DNA from: Callorhinchus milii
Taxonomy: Eukaryota
Direction: 5' to 3'
Length of the DNA stretch: 64,000 nucleotides
Assembly: GCF_018977255.1 (NCBI RefSeq)
Contig: NW_024704742.1
Location: forward strand, 94,056,001 to 94,120,000
Part shown: positions 11,409 through 24,900 of the stretch, piece by piece
How the letters are laid out: the number at the start of each line of letters is the position of its first letter
Position numbering within the stretch: the first letter of the stretch is position 1
Notes under the pieces: model-generated
Databases searched by the model: none
What the model was told of the DNA's origin: nothing
The model's input: only the letters and a program-made list of their open reading frames with translations
Translations under genes and position numbers: made by a program

Positions 11409-12765
11409 GCGTTCAGAGCAAAACTGGAGGTTCTGCGGAGACCAGAAAAGAGAAAATGGAGTGGGGGTAGAACTGATACCAAATGCCTAAAATAAATTAC
11501 AGTACAGGTACCTGGAATCCATACAAGTTATAATCGCATTTGAAAAAATATTTACTAATAGTTTCAATAAGCATTCCAGTGTAATTCTATGTAAACTGAG
11601 ATGGTGTAAAGTTACAGTCGCTTTTTTTCCCCTCTATTCGAGTACAAAATAGTTCACTGCCATTATATAAACATTTTTCTTACCAAGTTAGGCACTTGAC
11701 TGTGAATATCACTAAATAAAGTGCAAGCACTCTCCACAAATAACAGCAAAGATCGACTGGAGCAGGACTGTATCATTTGTCAACTATTTGGAGCATGCTG
11801 CACTAAAACGGCCTTTCATACCAAGCAACATTGATTCTGTGTTAAGTGTCAACACAGACGATTGGGAGGTGACCTTCGGGCATGACATAAATGCAACTAT
11901 AGGCTAAGATTTCAATGCGGTTTCATGTCCCTCAGTACAGGATTATTCCAGGGGCTTGTAACAAATGCCTGTTTCCCCTCAATTAAACCACAAACTAACT
12001 AGAAGCTGGGGAATTCTTACTCATTCTCTTAACAGTTTTATATTAAGTGCAACACTTTTGTAATATCACCTCAAAATCAATTGGTGCAAGCTCATAAAAG
12101 CCAAGGTAGGAAAGTGCTTATGCCCACTGTTCCCCAGAGGCTGGCTAATTCACACTTCTATTGTGTTTTGTGCGTGTTACTATATTCTCAAGTCAACACA
12201 AAGTTCGGCAACTGCCAGTCACTTCAGGACATTGTTTTGTGGACACAGATTCCAACTGCTTTAATGTGGTGGTCAGTATTCCTACAACTGCGTTGCAACA
12301 GCTTCTCAGCAACTGATCCCAGAGATTCTGGAGCTTACTGGCTGTCCAACGAGGTTTGCAAGAGTGCACGTCAGGAACCACTAGAAAAAGCACCCTACTA
12401 GGCAGTGTAAAGCACATTCTGAACACGCTATGGAAGTTATGGAAAACTATGTGAAATTCTGATCAGGAAGGTTTCTGAAAATATTGGACATTAATTACAT
12501 GGGTGAAACAACAGCAACAACTTGTACTTATAAGGCATGTTTAACACAGGAGAACGGCTCAAAGCAGCTTGCAGAGACAAAGCAGAAGCTGGAGCTGGAT
12601 GGACGGGAGAGATAGGGGAGAAGGCCGAAGAGACAGTCATACAGGTTTTCAGGTGGACTCTGATTCTGTGGAGGGATTGAAGCATCAGGATTGAGAACTT
12701 GTCTGTCAAAAATGTAGCAGAGTGGGCAGGGATGTGAGGGAGGCCTGAGCTGACAGGGAACAGGC

Positions 12766-13139
12766 AATAATAATAATAATAATCCTTGCATTTGATATAG
12801 CGCTTCATCACGTCTTCAGGACGTCTCAAAATGCTTCACAGAATACGCTGTAAAGTGAATTGACTATGCATTTTGTGGGCGAAATATGGCAGCCAATTCT
12901 ACACAGCAGTGTCCCATAAACAGTCGTGGATTGAGTGACCAAATGTTTTTTAAAAAAGGAATTATTATCTCCGGAAAAGCAATATGCTAATCGACTAACA
13001 ACCGGGTTCCTACTTACTGCTAGGTAAACAGAGGCGTGTGGAGTAAGGAAACTTGTCCAACATTTCACCCTGCCGAGAATCGAACCCAGGTCCTCTCACT
13101 TGCGAGACGAGGGCTCTAATTACTGAGCTGCAGGACTTC
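12766..13139 (-). mobile_element. tRNA-derived SINE, full length, variant with internal ~60-bp segment
   Basis: A/B-box head (gtcctgcagctcagtaattagagc...ggttcgattc), body and (TTA)n L2-type tail. Confidence 0.9.
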
Positions 13140-13788
13140 ACAGTAGGTGGGGAAATGCAGATCACAGAAGATGGGGCATAGAAGGTTGATTAGGCCTTCT
13201 ATGCTGTGAAGGATTATTAAAAAAGTGTTGCAAGTCAACAACAACGAATGAACAGAAAAGCAGGGGTGAGAAAGAACAAAGAAAAGGTGAAGCTTGTCTA
13301 AACTTTAAGCATCTTGGCCCACAGAGATGAATTTCCTCTCATATTGGAGGGCTATTTGTTCTAGAGAGTGAAACTCTTCATCCCAATTTTTTTTAAATAG
13401 AAAGGAAATCGCACAGGTCATTTTTTAAAATCACAATAAAATTCCAAGCCATTCTTGGATCTCCAAAGATTTTACTCTCTAACAAGGCTACTTTTCTAAA
13501 CTCTAACTAAAATTTTGTAGCAAAATGCAGATAAATTGTTGTCTTCTAATAATTTTGTTTTGTTTCTCAAGAATGAAATTGAAAGTAGTCAAATTGGTTC
13601 CCATCAATACCTTATACAGTAAAAAAAATTTAAAAAGCAATAGTAATAATACTTGCAAAGTAACATACAGAATTGGTGAAGTACGCAAGAGAAATTATAA
13701 CAAAAATCGCTTGCTTTTCTCTAAAACTCTCCACACTCGGGTTAGCTTTCAAATCTTTGTGGAATTACCTCTTCAGTCCTTCGCTTCT

Positions 13789-13929
13789 CTAGAATATCAT
13801 TTCAGCTACCACTTTCTGCGATGACTGGTCCATCTCCTCTTGAAGCATGGCAAAGCACTTTCGAGCCAGCTTCTGCTGCCTGGCATCCTCACCAACCATC
13901 AGCTCCCCATACAAATAGACACCCATTGC
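13789..13929 (-). CDS. AOPEP: Aminopeptidase O, last coding exon (AMGVYLYGELMVGEDARQQKLARKCFAMLQEEMDQSSQKVVAEMIF*)
   Basis: Branch-like tactaat and acceptor cttgtcctag|; 47 codons ending in TAG. Matches recalled human AMGVYLYGELMVSEDARQQQLARRCF...QVVAEMLF*. The exon continues 20 nt past the stop to a donor GAG|gtaatt at 13769/13768. Confidence 0.96.
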   Translation of the reverse strand, partial: AMGVYLYGELMVGEDARQQKLARKCFAMLQEEMDQSSQKVVAEMIF

Positions 13930-13969
13930 CTAGGACAAGTCACATATTAGTAATACAAATCTCAGCCTT

Positions 13970-14275
13970 AATAATAATAATCCTTGCATTTGATATAGCG
14001 CTTTTCACGTCTTCTAGACGTCTCAAAGCGCTTTACAGAATATACAGTAAAGTGAATCGACATATATTTGTGGGCGAAACACGGCAGCCAATTCCGCACA
14101 GCAGTGTCCCACAAACAGTCATGGACTGAAAATGATCAATTTATTATTGTTTTGGAGGGATTATTAATAGGTGTGTGGAGTAAGGAAACTTGCCCAAGGT
14201 TTCGCCCTGCCTGGAATTGAACCCAGGTGTTTCACTTGTAAGGCGCGTGCTCTAACCACTGAGCTGCAGGACTCC
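13970..14275 (-). mobile_element. tRNA-derived SINE, full length, with apparent cagcctt target-site duplication
   Basis: Head, body and tail intact; cagcctt on both flanks; tail ends about 40 nt upstream of the acceptor of the AOPEP stop exon. Confidence 0.9.
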
Positions 14276-16069
14276 AGCCTTGTATACAAGCTCTAGCCTT
14301 GTATACAATTTGCCAAAGGTTAACAGTAATCATTCCACTAACAAAGCTTTTTCTTACACTTTTCTTTGCAGTTCAATCAATCTTTCTTTTTTAAAAAATA
14401 AACTTTATATGCTGTCCGTGAAATTACTGATTTATTACAGATTTGGATAGGTTTAATCTCTTGCACTGCAAGGCTGTGTTTTCCTTTTGATGCTCAGTGT
14501 GATTAAAATTGTATTGCACAACTTTCGAGAGTGCGTTTGATCTGATACGGAACACAGAGACATACGTTCAGCAACATTCCCTTCACTCACTGCTTACTAA
14601 ACCTCTGAGAATGCAGAGGTGTAAAACATAAACATTTGCTTCTTTGGAAATGGACCGTAATTATGTTTTAAAAATAGGCCAAACAAAAGTATAAAATAAA
14701 TTCTCAAATGCATTTTGACCTTTCAAAGAAGTTGAGAAATTGCCTCTTTATATAAAAAAAGTTCCATTCTGGCTATTTAGTTTATTTATGCCTCCCAACA
14801 TTTAAACCCAGTGATAATAGTTGGACACAATACTTGGTCACAGTGTATACATCAAATGCAGACAGGTGCTTATTTGGAAGGAACTCGATTTGAAAATAAG
14901 TTTATTTTCTAAAAAAAATTCTAGCCAAATATGCACTTATTTAATGTTCTTTTCTTCAATATGAAAAATAAGCCCATATTAACTTGCTTGGGTAGATTTG
15001 TTTACTATTCTTTGGCTGCTAAACACTAGACCAGTGTCCCAAGTATTTAAAATATACGGCAGGTATCAAGGAACTGAGCAACACTTGGCAAGTAATCACA
15101 CGGGAGTTTACCTTCAAACCATTAATAACAATAAAGAACTTTTTTTTCTTACCATTTTTTGGCAAATATTGGCCTGAATTTTGAGATTTATTGAAAAAAA
15201 TTGGTCACTCAATCCGTGACTGTTTCAGGGACAGCCAATTGGGTGCCGCGTTTCAACAACAACAAAATTACATTTGTATAGCGCCTTTCACATCAAGACG
15301 ATGTCTCAGGGCTAGCAGTCAGTGTTTTGGACCCGAGCTGGGGGTCGGGATTGGGGAGGGTGGAGGGCGGGGGGGAAGCAGGTGATGGAAATCACGGTCG
15401 AAGAGGAGAGTCTTGAAATCGGTCTTGAAGGAGGCAAGGGAGGGGGCGAGGCGGAGGGACTGTGGGATGGAGTTCCAGAAGGTGGGGGCAGAGTGGCAGA
15501 AGGCCCGTCCACAAAATAAACAGTCAATTCACTTGACAGTATATTCTGTGAAGCACTTTGAGACTTCGACGACGTGATAAGGAGCTATAAAAGCAAGGAT
15601 TATTATTATTATTTTTCAATTCATAACTAATAATTCCAACTGCTGTTGTTGGAAGCAAAGCAAAAACAAACTTCAGGGTTAATGAAGATTTTGGCCCAGT
15701 TATCTTAATGCACTAAATTTGAACATGGCTAACTGCAATGTTAACATAGCGAGTGACGACCTGAGATGTTAAACCACAATGCTACAAGGCAAGTAATATT
15801 CAACAGCAATGAAGAAAGAGTTAAGATGGAGAGGATACTAAATGGGTATCTGGGACACAAGGCAGGATGTCCGAGGGGTAGATTCCAGGAGTGGAATAAA
15901 TTCTGTGCTCTCCGCAGTTCCCCTGAACGCTCACTCACTTAAAATATCACATTTCGTGTCGCAAATCATCAAAAATAAAGAATGTAAATCGTACGAATGA
16001 TAAACACTGTGATAATTTTTTTCTCCCGTGTTAGAATCAGAACGGAAAGAAAAGTCATTAGGTTTTTAC

Positions 16070-16440
16070 CCTGTTGCCTCAGTCCATGATCCCGAGCTCT
16101 CTGCATTGCTGCTGGATTTTCCATGCTTTCTCTGCCACTCTGTGCACACAAAGTATGTGCACAAGCTGTACTGACAACAATCAGGGCCTTTATTTAAAAA
16201 TAAACCTTGCTGCTGTAAAAACTAGGCTCCCAAGTCATTCAGGTCGGAATAAAGAAGCACTGAAAATGGGAGCGAGAAGTAGACAGAAAACTAAAATAGT
16301 GAGAAGGACTGCCAGCTGGTGTTGACCCAACCAGACCAAGCCCATCACAGCCCCCGCCCACTATATAAACCAGAAGTTGCTTTCTGTCTTATGGACAGGG
16401 CGTGACACAGACTCCGGTGGGCGACCCAAATATAAGTAAC
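16070..16440. promoter_or_regulatory. Candidate internal promoter and non-coding first exon
   Basis: GC box CCCCGCCC within 16351-16359 next to TATATAAA 16362-16369; GGGCGTG; C(A/T)8G element at 16427-16436; E-box 16313-16318; minus-strand donor CAGG|gtaaaa at 16070/16069. Confidence 0.35.
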
Positions 16441-17694
16441 TAGCAGACTTACCAAGCACTATTCCCTTTAGTGAAAACAAACTGCAAACTACTATGTCTG
16501 GACATCTCACTGTATATAGAATACATTTTATATACACTCTTCATTGAAAATATTTTGCCCTTAAAAACTGTTTCCCCTCATAATACTTACTGCTTCTAAG
16601 ACTCTTGACACTGGTATTAGTGTCTAGAGTAAATAACCTGTATTACAGAGATAGAAAGGAAAAGTGCTGCAACCCGTAACTCCAGATTAGGCAATGAAGG
16701 GAAAAAAACAATTAAATTAAAAACAAATGTTTCAGATTTTATGATTAGGATGGAAGCTAAAAGGGGAGAATTCTTCTCTCAATTCAAATGATATAATTCA
16801 TTGCGTAGTCATCAAGTTCCTAACAGGGACAGGTTGCCAGTAAAACTGGTTGAGGCCAGGCCACTGGATCCATTTAAAAACCAGCTGGACGCTGTGATGG
16901 GAAGATGGTAGTGTGGATATCCTGGAGGGATGAGATCAGAAAAACTTCCTGAAGTCTAAACCCATGTGCTCTTGCACTACTGTGTAGAGGTGCACTGTAA
17001 AATATTGATCTGGGTTTACTTTTTCAATCCCATTTCAAATCTTATTCACTACTACGAGGTATCCTTCTGTGCCATCTTCTCTGAAGACTGACGAACCCCT
17101 GAGTACTTTAAAATAGATACTGGGACAAACTGACCGAGGCATTAGCGGGTTTTTATAAACCTGCTGCAGCCCATTATCTGTCACTTTTTTTTCAGGGAAC
17201 CTCAGCCTTCCCTCCATCACTGAGTCTCATGCTGATCCCAATGCAGTTAAGGATGTGACCTGTAGTTCATCCAACCACACTGACATTTTCCTCACTAAAG
17301 ATGTGCTTGTAGCCAAGCAGCTCTCATGTGTCATCGGGTCACATTCCATGTGTTAAATGGATCAAAGCACTGGATCCGGGAGACAAAAGGTACCATTTGG
17401 ATTCTTTGAAAAATAACGTGCTCAGATTTCTAGAAATGCCACAATGTGTTTATGTGACTGGGGAAATGTCATGCTCGACTGCCTGAAGCAATCACATGGA
17501 ATCAGATCCTCCAGTATGCAATCTGGCTACTTTTTCCATCAGATAAAAGTCATAATAATCGGCATAATAATGGTGTGATCTCGAGATTGAAGCATATTGA
17601 TCCCAGCATTGTCACTCTGGGTTTGTTTGCTTTAGTCACCTAGTATCAGGCCCTGTCAAAACCTGAGCAGCCAGAAACACAGCGTCATTATTTA

Positions 17695-17900
17695 ATGAGC
17701 AAGCGAGAAAGCGAGTGCACAAGAGTAAGAGTGAGAGAGTGAGAGACAGAGAGAAAGGGGGAATGAGACAGCAATAGAGAGAGTTCGAGTGAAAGCAAAA
17801 GAGAAAGAGTGCGAGTGAGAACAAGAGAAAAAGGGGGGCAAGAGAAAGAGAGCCAGGTGAGAACAAGAAAGAGAACGAAAGGAAGTGAGCTAAAGTATGA
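17695..17900 (+). repeat. GA-rich low-complexity polypurine tract
   Basis: About 200 bp of degenerate (GA)n / GAGAAA. Confidence 0.8.
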
Positions 17901-19734
17901 GAGTTCACAGAATTGAGGTTTATTTAAATAAAAGAACCCCTACAATTAACTAAATACATAGACGCAACATGGCTGGGGCTTCCGAAAATTGTTTAATCTT
18001 CTCTCCGGCTTTTTAATCTTGTAAAGTCTGGGCAGCCAAAGTGCAGTTAATCCGCCTGGAGTCACAATGTCAGAATGACTTTATGTTTTCTGAGTTTCGT
18101 TTCTAATGGATTCCTCGTGCAACTTCAACCAAAAGTAACAATGCCAGGAGGGCCAGCTTTTCAATCGTTTTGTGGAGATGCATGGAAGACGCCAATCATT
18201 CAGCTTTGCGCTGCCAGATTAGAGAAGCCAACAAGCTGCTGCTAGTTATTGAAAGACAGTGATGGTACAGTGAACACCCTGATGTTTTATTGCTGAGAGG
18301 TAAATTCAGGTTGTAATTTGAATATTGTGAACAAAAGCAGGAGAGCATCGGAAGATATAGTGATGGAAATATGGAAACAATGCAACTGGATAAACAGCGT
18401 GTTTGTCTTATCAGAACAGCACTGGGCTCCCTCAGGAAAATCTGCTCGCCTCAGTCCCACTCTCACGTTTATCAACAATGTGAAGGATGTCATTCATGTC
18501 CCCCCATCACTGCTGAGGACACCACCCTCTACATAAAACTCATCTGAAATTAATGCAGTGACTGATCGCTGCAAGTAGATACAGGCTTTGTGCTCCGATT
18601 TGGGAGGAATCCCAAAAGGACTTGGAAAAAGCAGATCCTGCGGCTATCCGGATGTGACTCAGACTGACCCACTGGAGCTTTGCTGCCATACTGTTCTCCT
18701 GCCAGTACAATGAGATGTCATAACTCGTTGAAATCTGACTTCATAGAGGCAGAAACTGAGATTGGTCAATAATCTATCTCTTGGCCTATTCTTCTTAAAT
18801 ATGTTGGCTTTTTTCTCCCATTACCAGTACAAATTACCTTGTACTTTGCAGTAATAATACTATTTGTAATTCATTCATTCCCACAGTTACAAACCTCACC
18901 TCTTCAGAGTAACACAATTTTCCCCACAGTTTGTCTTCTGTCAAGAAATGTGACATGTTGCTTATAAAATCACAAGTGAAATTTGGCACTGCAGGAGCCT
19001 GGGGGAAGGGAGGGGGAAGTCTGATGGAGTCCCCTGGTTATTACTCCAGCTCATGTGAATCAATATCATTAAGTATTCTGCCTTCCATTATCAAGCAAAT
19101 TTATTATCCAATTTAGAACTTTACAACTTCCACTTAGATCCCACAAGCTTGGAATCAGAAATGTTACAATTGATCTTGTCACATGCCTTAACATGCAGTT
19201 TAGAATTATGTTGTGCTGCATACAGTGCAATGAGACCTACCATTCATGAATTCATATTGGCTTTATTTCATTGCTGCAATGCCCGAAAAAAAATGCTCCT
19301 GGTTTTCTTTACAAGGACACAAGAACATAATAACCTCCACTGTTTTATTAGGATGTGGTAGCTATTTAGCTTTCCAATCCCATTTCTTCAATTCATTCTG
19401 ATCCTTGGTCTTTTAGGGGCAGATTTCCATGTTCTCACAACAATCCATGTGAAGAAAGATTTTGGCAGTACTTTTAACCAACTTAGCTCTAATTCCCTAC
19501 AGGAGGAAGGAGTCATTGCCATCTATCTCAATTCCCTTTATCACTGAAAACCTTTCATCGTGGCTAAGCCACTTCATCCCAGTGAGGTGAACTGTTGCTG
19601 GACTTCCATAAAGGTGTTTCTAAAGTGTTGGTTAGAATTCTTCAGATGATGTCTGAACTGCAGGCTATTTAACTGGAATAGTACTTCCTTGTTTCAATAC
19701 AAAAAATGTATCTGAATATATTTAAGCAGGTTAC

Positions 19735-19821
19735 CTGATGGTGCTGCAGAAAATGTTCCACGTCTCCATAGGCTGCACTGTTTTTATGTTTAACAACCAG
19801 CTCACACCAGCGATGGCACAC
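19735..19821 (-). CDS. AOPEP: Aminopeptidase O, penultimate coding exon (VCHRWCELVVKHKNSAAYGDVEHFLQHHQ)
   Basis: 87-nt phase 0/0 exon with acceptor tctttccttgtattgcag| and donor |gtaacc. Matches recalled human VRHRWCELIVKHKFTKAYKSVERFLQEDQ and is in frame with both neighbouring exons. Confidence 0.96.
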
Positions 19822-20479
19822 CTGCAATACAAGGAAAGATATTAATTGGCCTCAAATACACTAGAAAAGACTCACCACAAAGTATGCAAACTACAACTAT
19901 CCAAGACACTAGTGCACTGGAGATTTCAGCTGCCAAACCAATGAAAGTAGCACCTTTCCAATATTCAATTACAGGACACTGCACCTTTGTAATACTGGGA
20001 ATACGTACAGGCCAAAGGAGCATGTAACATTTTAAAAACAAGAAAAGGCATTTGGCCCAACAAGCAGATTTCTTTTTGTTTGATTTCCGTCCACTTTACG
20101 GCCATATCCCTTAATCCCCTCTTTTGGCCAGAAACACATCTGCTAAATGGGATTGAGAAAGTAAATTCAGAACAATAAAACCCAGAGCAATATTTTCTGA
20201 TAATGCCAAGGCAGCTCTGGTTCAAGGCTGTAAAGCGCAACTTACATTGCATTTATTTTACACAGAAAGCAATAACAACGGGAATGAGTAACCAACCAGG
20301 CAGTGTGATACAGGTCTGAACAGTGGGCTCATTTTAATAAACAATTCAACGCTGTGATGGGAAGACAGTAAGGAAAATATGTGAACAAATGGGTGGAAAA
20401 AAGGACGTTCATAAGTGATAACTCAAGATCACAAGAGAGATACGGATGAAGGAGACTAGACCTCTTGCAATTTTGTGAA

Positions 20480-21230
20480 TGTCCCAATTTTTAATTGTCT
20501 ATGTTATATATCTTCACATTAAACCCAACCATTTATTTACCTTTGCTTCCGCTGCCTGACACTGATGATCCTTTCAATGTTAGATCAACTATTTTCCTGG
20601 TACCTACTCCTGACATGTTTAATAATGTACTCTTCATTTTATAATTGTATTTGCTATTTTAAAATTTTCAATGTTAAATTGCATTTACAACTTATCTGGA
20701 GTCTCTCTGGAACACTTTCAATTTAATTCTTTCATCCAGACATCAACTGATTTCCATTGTAACCTGGTATTTATTATCTGCAAACTTTATATTTAATCAA
20801 TCAAGATCATTTATAAATATTGTGAACAGCACCGATTCCAGGACCGATCCCTCAGCTACTCTGCTTGTCAGAATTATTCAATAGGAACTCTCTTTGTTGA
20901 TCACTACCCTTTGTTTCTTCGTATTTAGCTCAGTTATTATTCAATTTACTACTTCCCCCCCTTTATAGCCACAAGCCTTTTGTGAGGTACCTTCTCAAAT
21001 GGCTCATGAAAGTAAAGACGTATAACATCTGGCAAATTATATCCTGAAGGAATTGCATTAAATTGGTTACACATGACCTGCCTTTCATAAACCCATGTTA
21101 ACTTGGAATCAAAGACTTGACTACTGTTAAATGTGCTTGAATGGCCTCCATTATAATAAACTCCAAAACTTTTCCTAGAAGCGTTGTAGAATTAGCAGAC
21201 ATGAGAGTCCCAGGATCATTCCTTTCTCAG
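20480..21230 (-). mobile_element. Old CR1 LINE reverse transcriptase fragment
   Basis: Minus strand reads HGFMKGRSCVTN and ..FEKVPHK-like motifs. Confidence 0.7.
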
Positions 21231-23687
21231 AGTTGTCAAAATTGGACAAGTCTGAGGTGTGAGATTTTCAATCATGAATAAACAGATTTGAGCTATTGCC
21301 TGACAAGTAGCACGCAAACATGGCTAAAAACAGAAAGCTGCAGCCCTCACACAGCTGAATGGGATGAGTTTGTGGTTTAACCTAATCTTGTGTCCTGTTG
21401 CTATTGATACGGAGGATCCATATCACTGATTATCTTCAGTTATCATTAAAGCTTTGAGTTTCTATTCCTGACAACCACGGGAAGTAGGAATTTTAGACGA
21501 ATGGCAAACTTCACTTGTGAGAGGTAGTCTTACCCCGGGGAGGAGGGGGTCCTGGGTTGTTCTATACAATCAGCAGCTGCAAGGACCACACAAAAACGAA
21601 GCCAAATGCTGGTGGCTGACTTCATTGCCCCCTTGAGTGAAAGATTACTCAAAATCCTTGCATTTGATACAGAGCCTATAATGGCGAAATGTTTCAAAGC
21701 GCTCAACAGGTAATTGTAGTGACTGTATTTTGAGCAAGCAAGCTTGGAGTTCAGGTCTTACCAGCAAAGTGAAAATGTTCCTCTGAAAATAGAGACAATA
21801 CCATATTCGTCCACAAATTACACATAGATACATCATTTTACAGTATATCCTGTTAAGTGTTTCAAGAGTCATTCTTGAGCTTAAAGTGCTTTGTCCTCCT
21901 GGTGTGAAAGATGTTATACAAGTGTAAACTGTATTATATTGAGTCCAGTGTCTTGGACATTCCAGCTGTTGATTACCTTCTGTACCTGGAGGTACCACAA
22001 TTTAGTGCAGTTTCTCTTTCTGGAGAATAAGTAAAAGCAAGAGAACAATGCTAAAGTCAGATTCCTACCAAGTGGATCTGTTCAAATTAAGAAGAAAAAG
22101 TGCTGGAATCCAATAATCCTGAGAGATTCCATATTGAGCTTTGATTAGTCCTGAAATCTAGTACATTTAAATTTACTTCTAAAAACTTTCCAATGAGACT
22201 GACAAAAAAATCCACAATTTATTTTTAAAAAAAGGAAAGCAACGCATCTTACAAAAATGTAAACGAGAGACAAGCCACAATATTCCTTCCAACTAAAAGT
22301 GTTAGTTCAACAAAAGCAGGAAACAGCTGAAAAGGAAAAAGGTCACCACTTAAGGAAATGCTGGATGTTCAGTCAGGGCAAACCTTTTCCTTAACATGCA
22401 GATTTCAGCTTTGATTTATTTCAAATAGGAAATATAAAACATATATTGACATAACACAATGCTTCCAGCAAGATAATATAGTGCTGAAAATAAGTACAAA
22501 CTACCCTGGAATCCCAGACATAATCAAACCCTTTATTACACTATATTCACTTACACCTTATATTCTGCTTTACCATGTTCACAGCATTTCACAGGATTTA
22601 CTGTAGAGAGCAATGGCTCTATGTATTTTGCAGGCTAACTTGACAAGTCAATTTGTGCATGGCAACATCCCTCAAACAACCATGAAGTTGTATCATGGGG
22701 ATAGTTAACGTCTAACTGAAAAGGCAGACGGGGCTCAATTTAATGTCTCACCTGAAGGACATCATCTTCCCCACTGCAGCGCATCCCCAGCACTGCATTA
22801 GAGTGTCAGCCTACAACAACAACTTACATTTATATAGCGCCATTGATATAGGACACCCTCTTGGAAAGGTTCACAATGATGGGGTCAGACACTGAGCAAG
22901 GGAGAAGAGGACTGGGGAAAGATGACCATAGGCACAGTAGAAGAGGTTTACTGTCAAGTGGGATTTAAAGACAGATAGATAAGGAACAAGATTAAGGGAT
23001 GTTTAAAAGAGAGATAAACAGGTAACTGGTTTGAAGAGGGATAAAGGGGTGTGGCAAAAGGCTGGTGCATTGCAATTAAAATATCTGCCAAGATCTAATA
23101 AACTGACGGACTTGATGAGCTGAATGGCCTCCTCCTGTATCTTCCTATCTCGAATCAAGCAATTTCTCCGTAAGATTATTTTATTTAACATGAAGCTCAT
23201 TACTAATGAACCCAAATGTTTTCGCTCAATATTAAAAGATCAAGTTCTTTTCTTTCTTACTCAACATTTCATAAAACATCCATTCAGTCATCCTAATGCC
23301 AAATGGCCAGTTTTTTAAAGTTTGTCAAAGAACTTGGTGATATGTTGTTAAGTGAAACTGTCCTTGAGGAGGTGGTGACCTTGTTAATGTAATACTTCAG
23401 ACTACTTAGCAATATAACATCTTGTCACATCAGCAAAACATATTAACGCACTTCACTGTAAAGTGCAGAGACCGAGTATTTTGTAGGTGAACTCGACAGT
23501 CAATTTGCACACTACAATGACCCACAATCAGTCTGGAAATGAATGACCCATTTTTTTCTGAAGGGCCTGGACACTGGGAGTAACTCTGAAATGTTTAAGA
23601 GGGATGTAGATAAATATTTGGCAGTAGTGGTATCAAGGTATTTGGTGAAAGGGAATCAAATTGGAATTAAGTTGCAGATCAGTAATG

Positions 23688-24900
23688 AACAACAACAATT
23701 TGCACTTATATAGCACCCTGCATGCCGGACAGCGTCTCACAGCGCTTAACAAAGGCAGAGCCCAAGGCTGAGCCGGGGGAGGCGGAAGGTGACCGCTGGC
23801 GCAGTCAAAACAGGTCTGCAGGAGCGATTTGAAGATGGGGAAGGAAGGGGCGAAATGAAGGGGTTGAGGGAAGGAGTTCCAAAGTTTCGGGGTGTAGTGA
23901 CTGAAGGCACGGCTAACGATGGTGGAGCGGAGGATTCGGGGGACGCGGAGGAGGCCAGACCGAGTAGAGCGGAGGCAGCGGGTACTGCTGTGGGGAGACA
24001 GGAGGTTAGAGAGTTAGGGGGGGGGTGTCAAGGAATGGAGGGATTTAAACACCTGAGTGAGGATCGTGACGTTGATCCACTCTGTGACAGGGAGCCAGTG
24101 GAGTTTGGCAAGGACTGGAGTAATTGGGGTGTGGAGTTTGGTGCGGGTGAGAATGTGTGCGGCGGAATTTCGAATGAGCTGGACGTTGTGAATAGTGGAG
24201 GAGGGGAGACCGGCGAGGAGGGCGTTAGAGTAGTCCAGCCGAGAGGTGACAAAGGCATAGGCAAGGGTTTCGGCAGCTTTTGGGGTGAGGTATTGTCGGA
24301 GATGGGAAATGTGGTGGAGGTGGTAGAAAGCGGTGCTGGTCAGAGACCAGATGTGGGTGAGGAAGGATAACTGGGGATCGAACCTGATGCCTAAGTTGCG
24401 CATGGGTTTGGAGAGTATTAAGGACAGGTCGGGTAGGTTGAGGAGGTCTGAACGTGGGACAGAAGACGTCGGCAGGAGTCAAAGAGTATGGCTTCATTCT
24501 TGGACGTTTAACTGCAGAAAATTTGAGCTCATCCAGCTCTTGATGTCTGACAGTCAAGCTGACAGAACATCAGGGGACTGGGGGTCGCAGCTGGAGGTGG
24601 AAAAGTAGAGTTGAGTGTCATCCGCATACATGTGGAAGTTAACCCTGTGTCTGCGGATGACATCACCGAGAGGGAGCATATAGATGAGGAAGGGAAGGGG
24701 GCCAAGGATGGATCCTTGGGGTTACCGGGTGGAAGCGAGAAGAAAAGCCATTTGCAGAAATGTAGCACTGGTGGTTTGTAAGGCAGGACTCGGAACCAAG
24801 AGAGTGCGGTCCCACTCAAGTGGATGATGGAGGACAAGTGGTGGAGGAGGATGGCGTGATCAATTGTGTCGAACGCGCGGAGAGGTCCAGAAGGACAAGA
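23688..24900 (-). mobile_element. L2 LINE, 5'-truncated, with 3' UTR and (GTT)n tail
   Basis: Motifs [51 protein letters not shown] and ITPVLAKLHWLPV; tail at 23688-23750. Confidence 0.93.

Noticed and set aside
17636..17908. Hydrophobic 90-aa minus-strand ORF resembling a membrane protein
   Set aside because: Translation of a CT-rich low-complexity tract.
23789..24370. 193-aa Gly/Glu-rich plus-strand ORF
   Set aside because: Antisense shadow of an L2 element.
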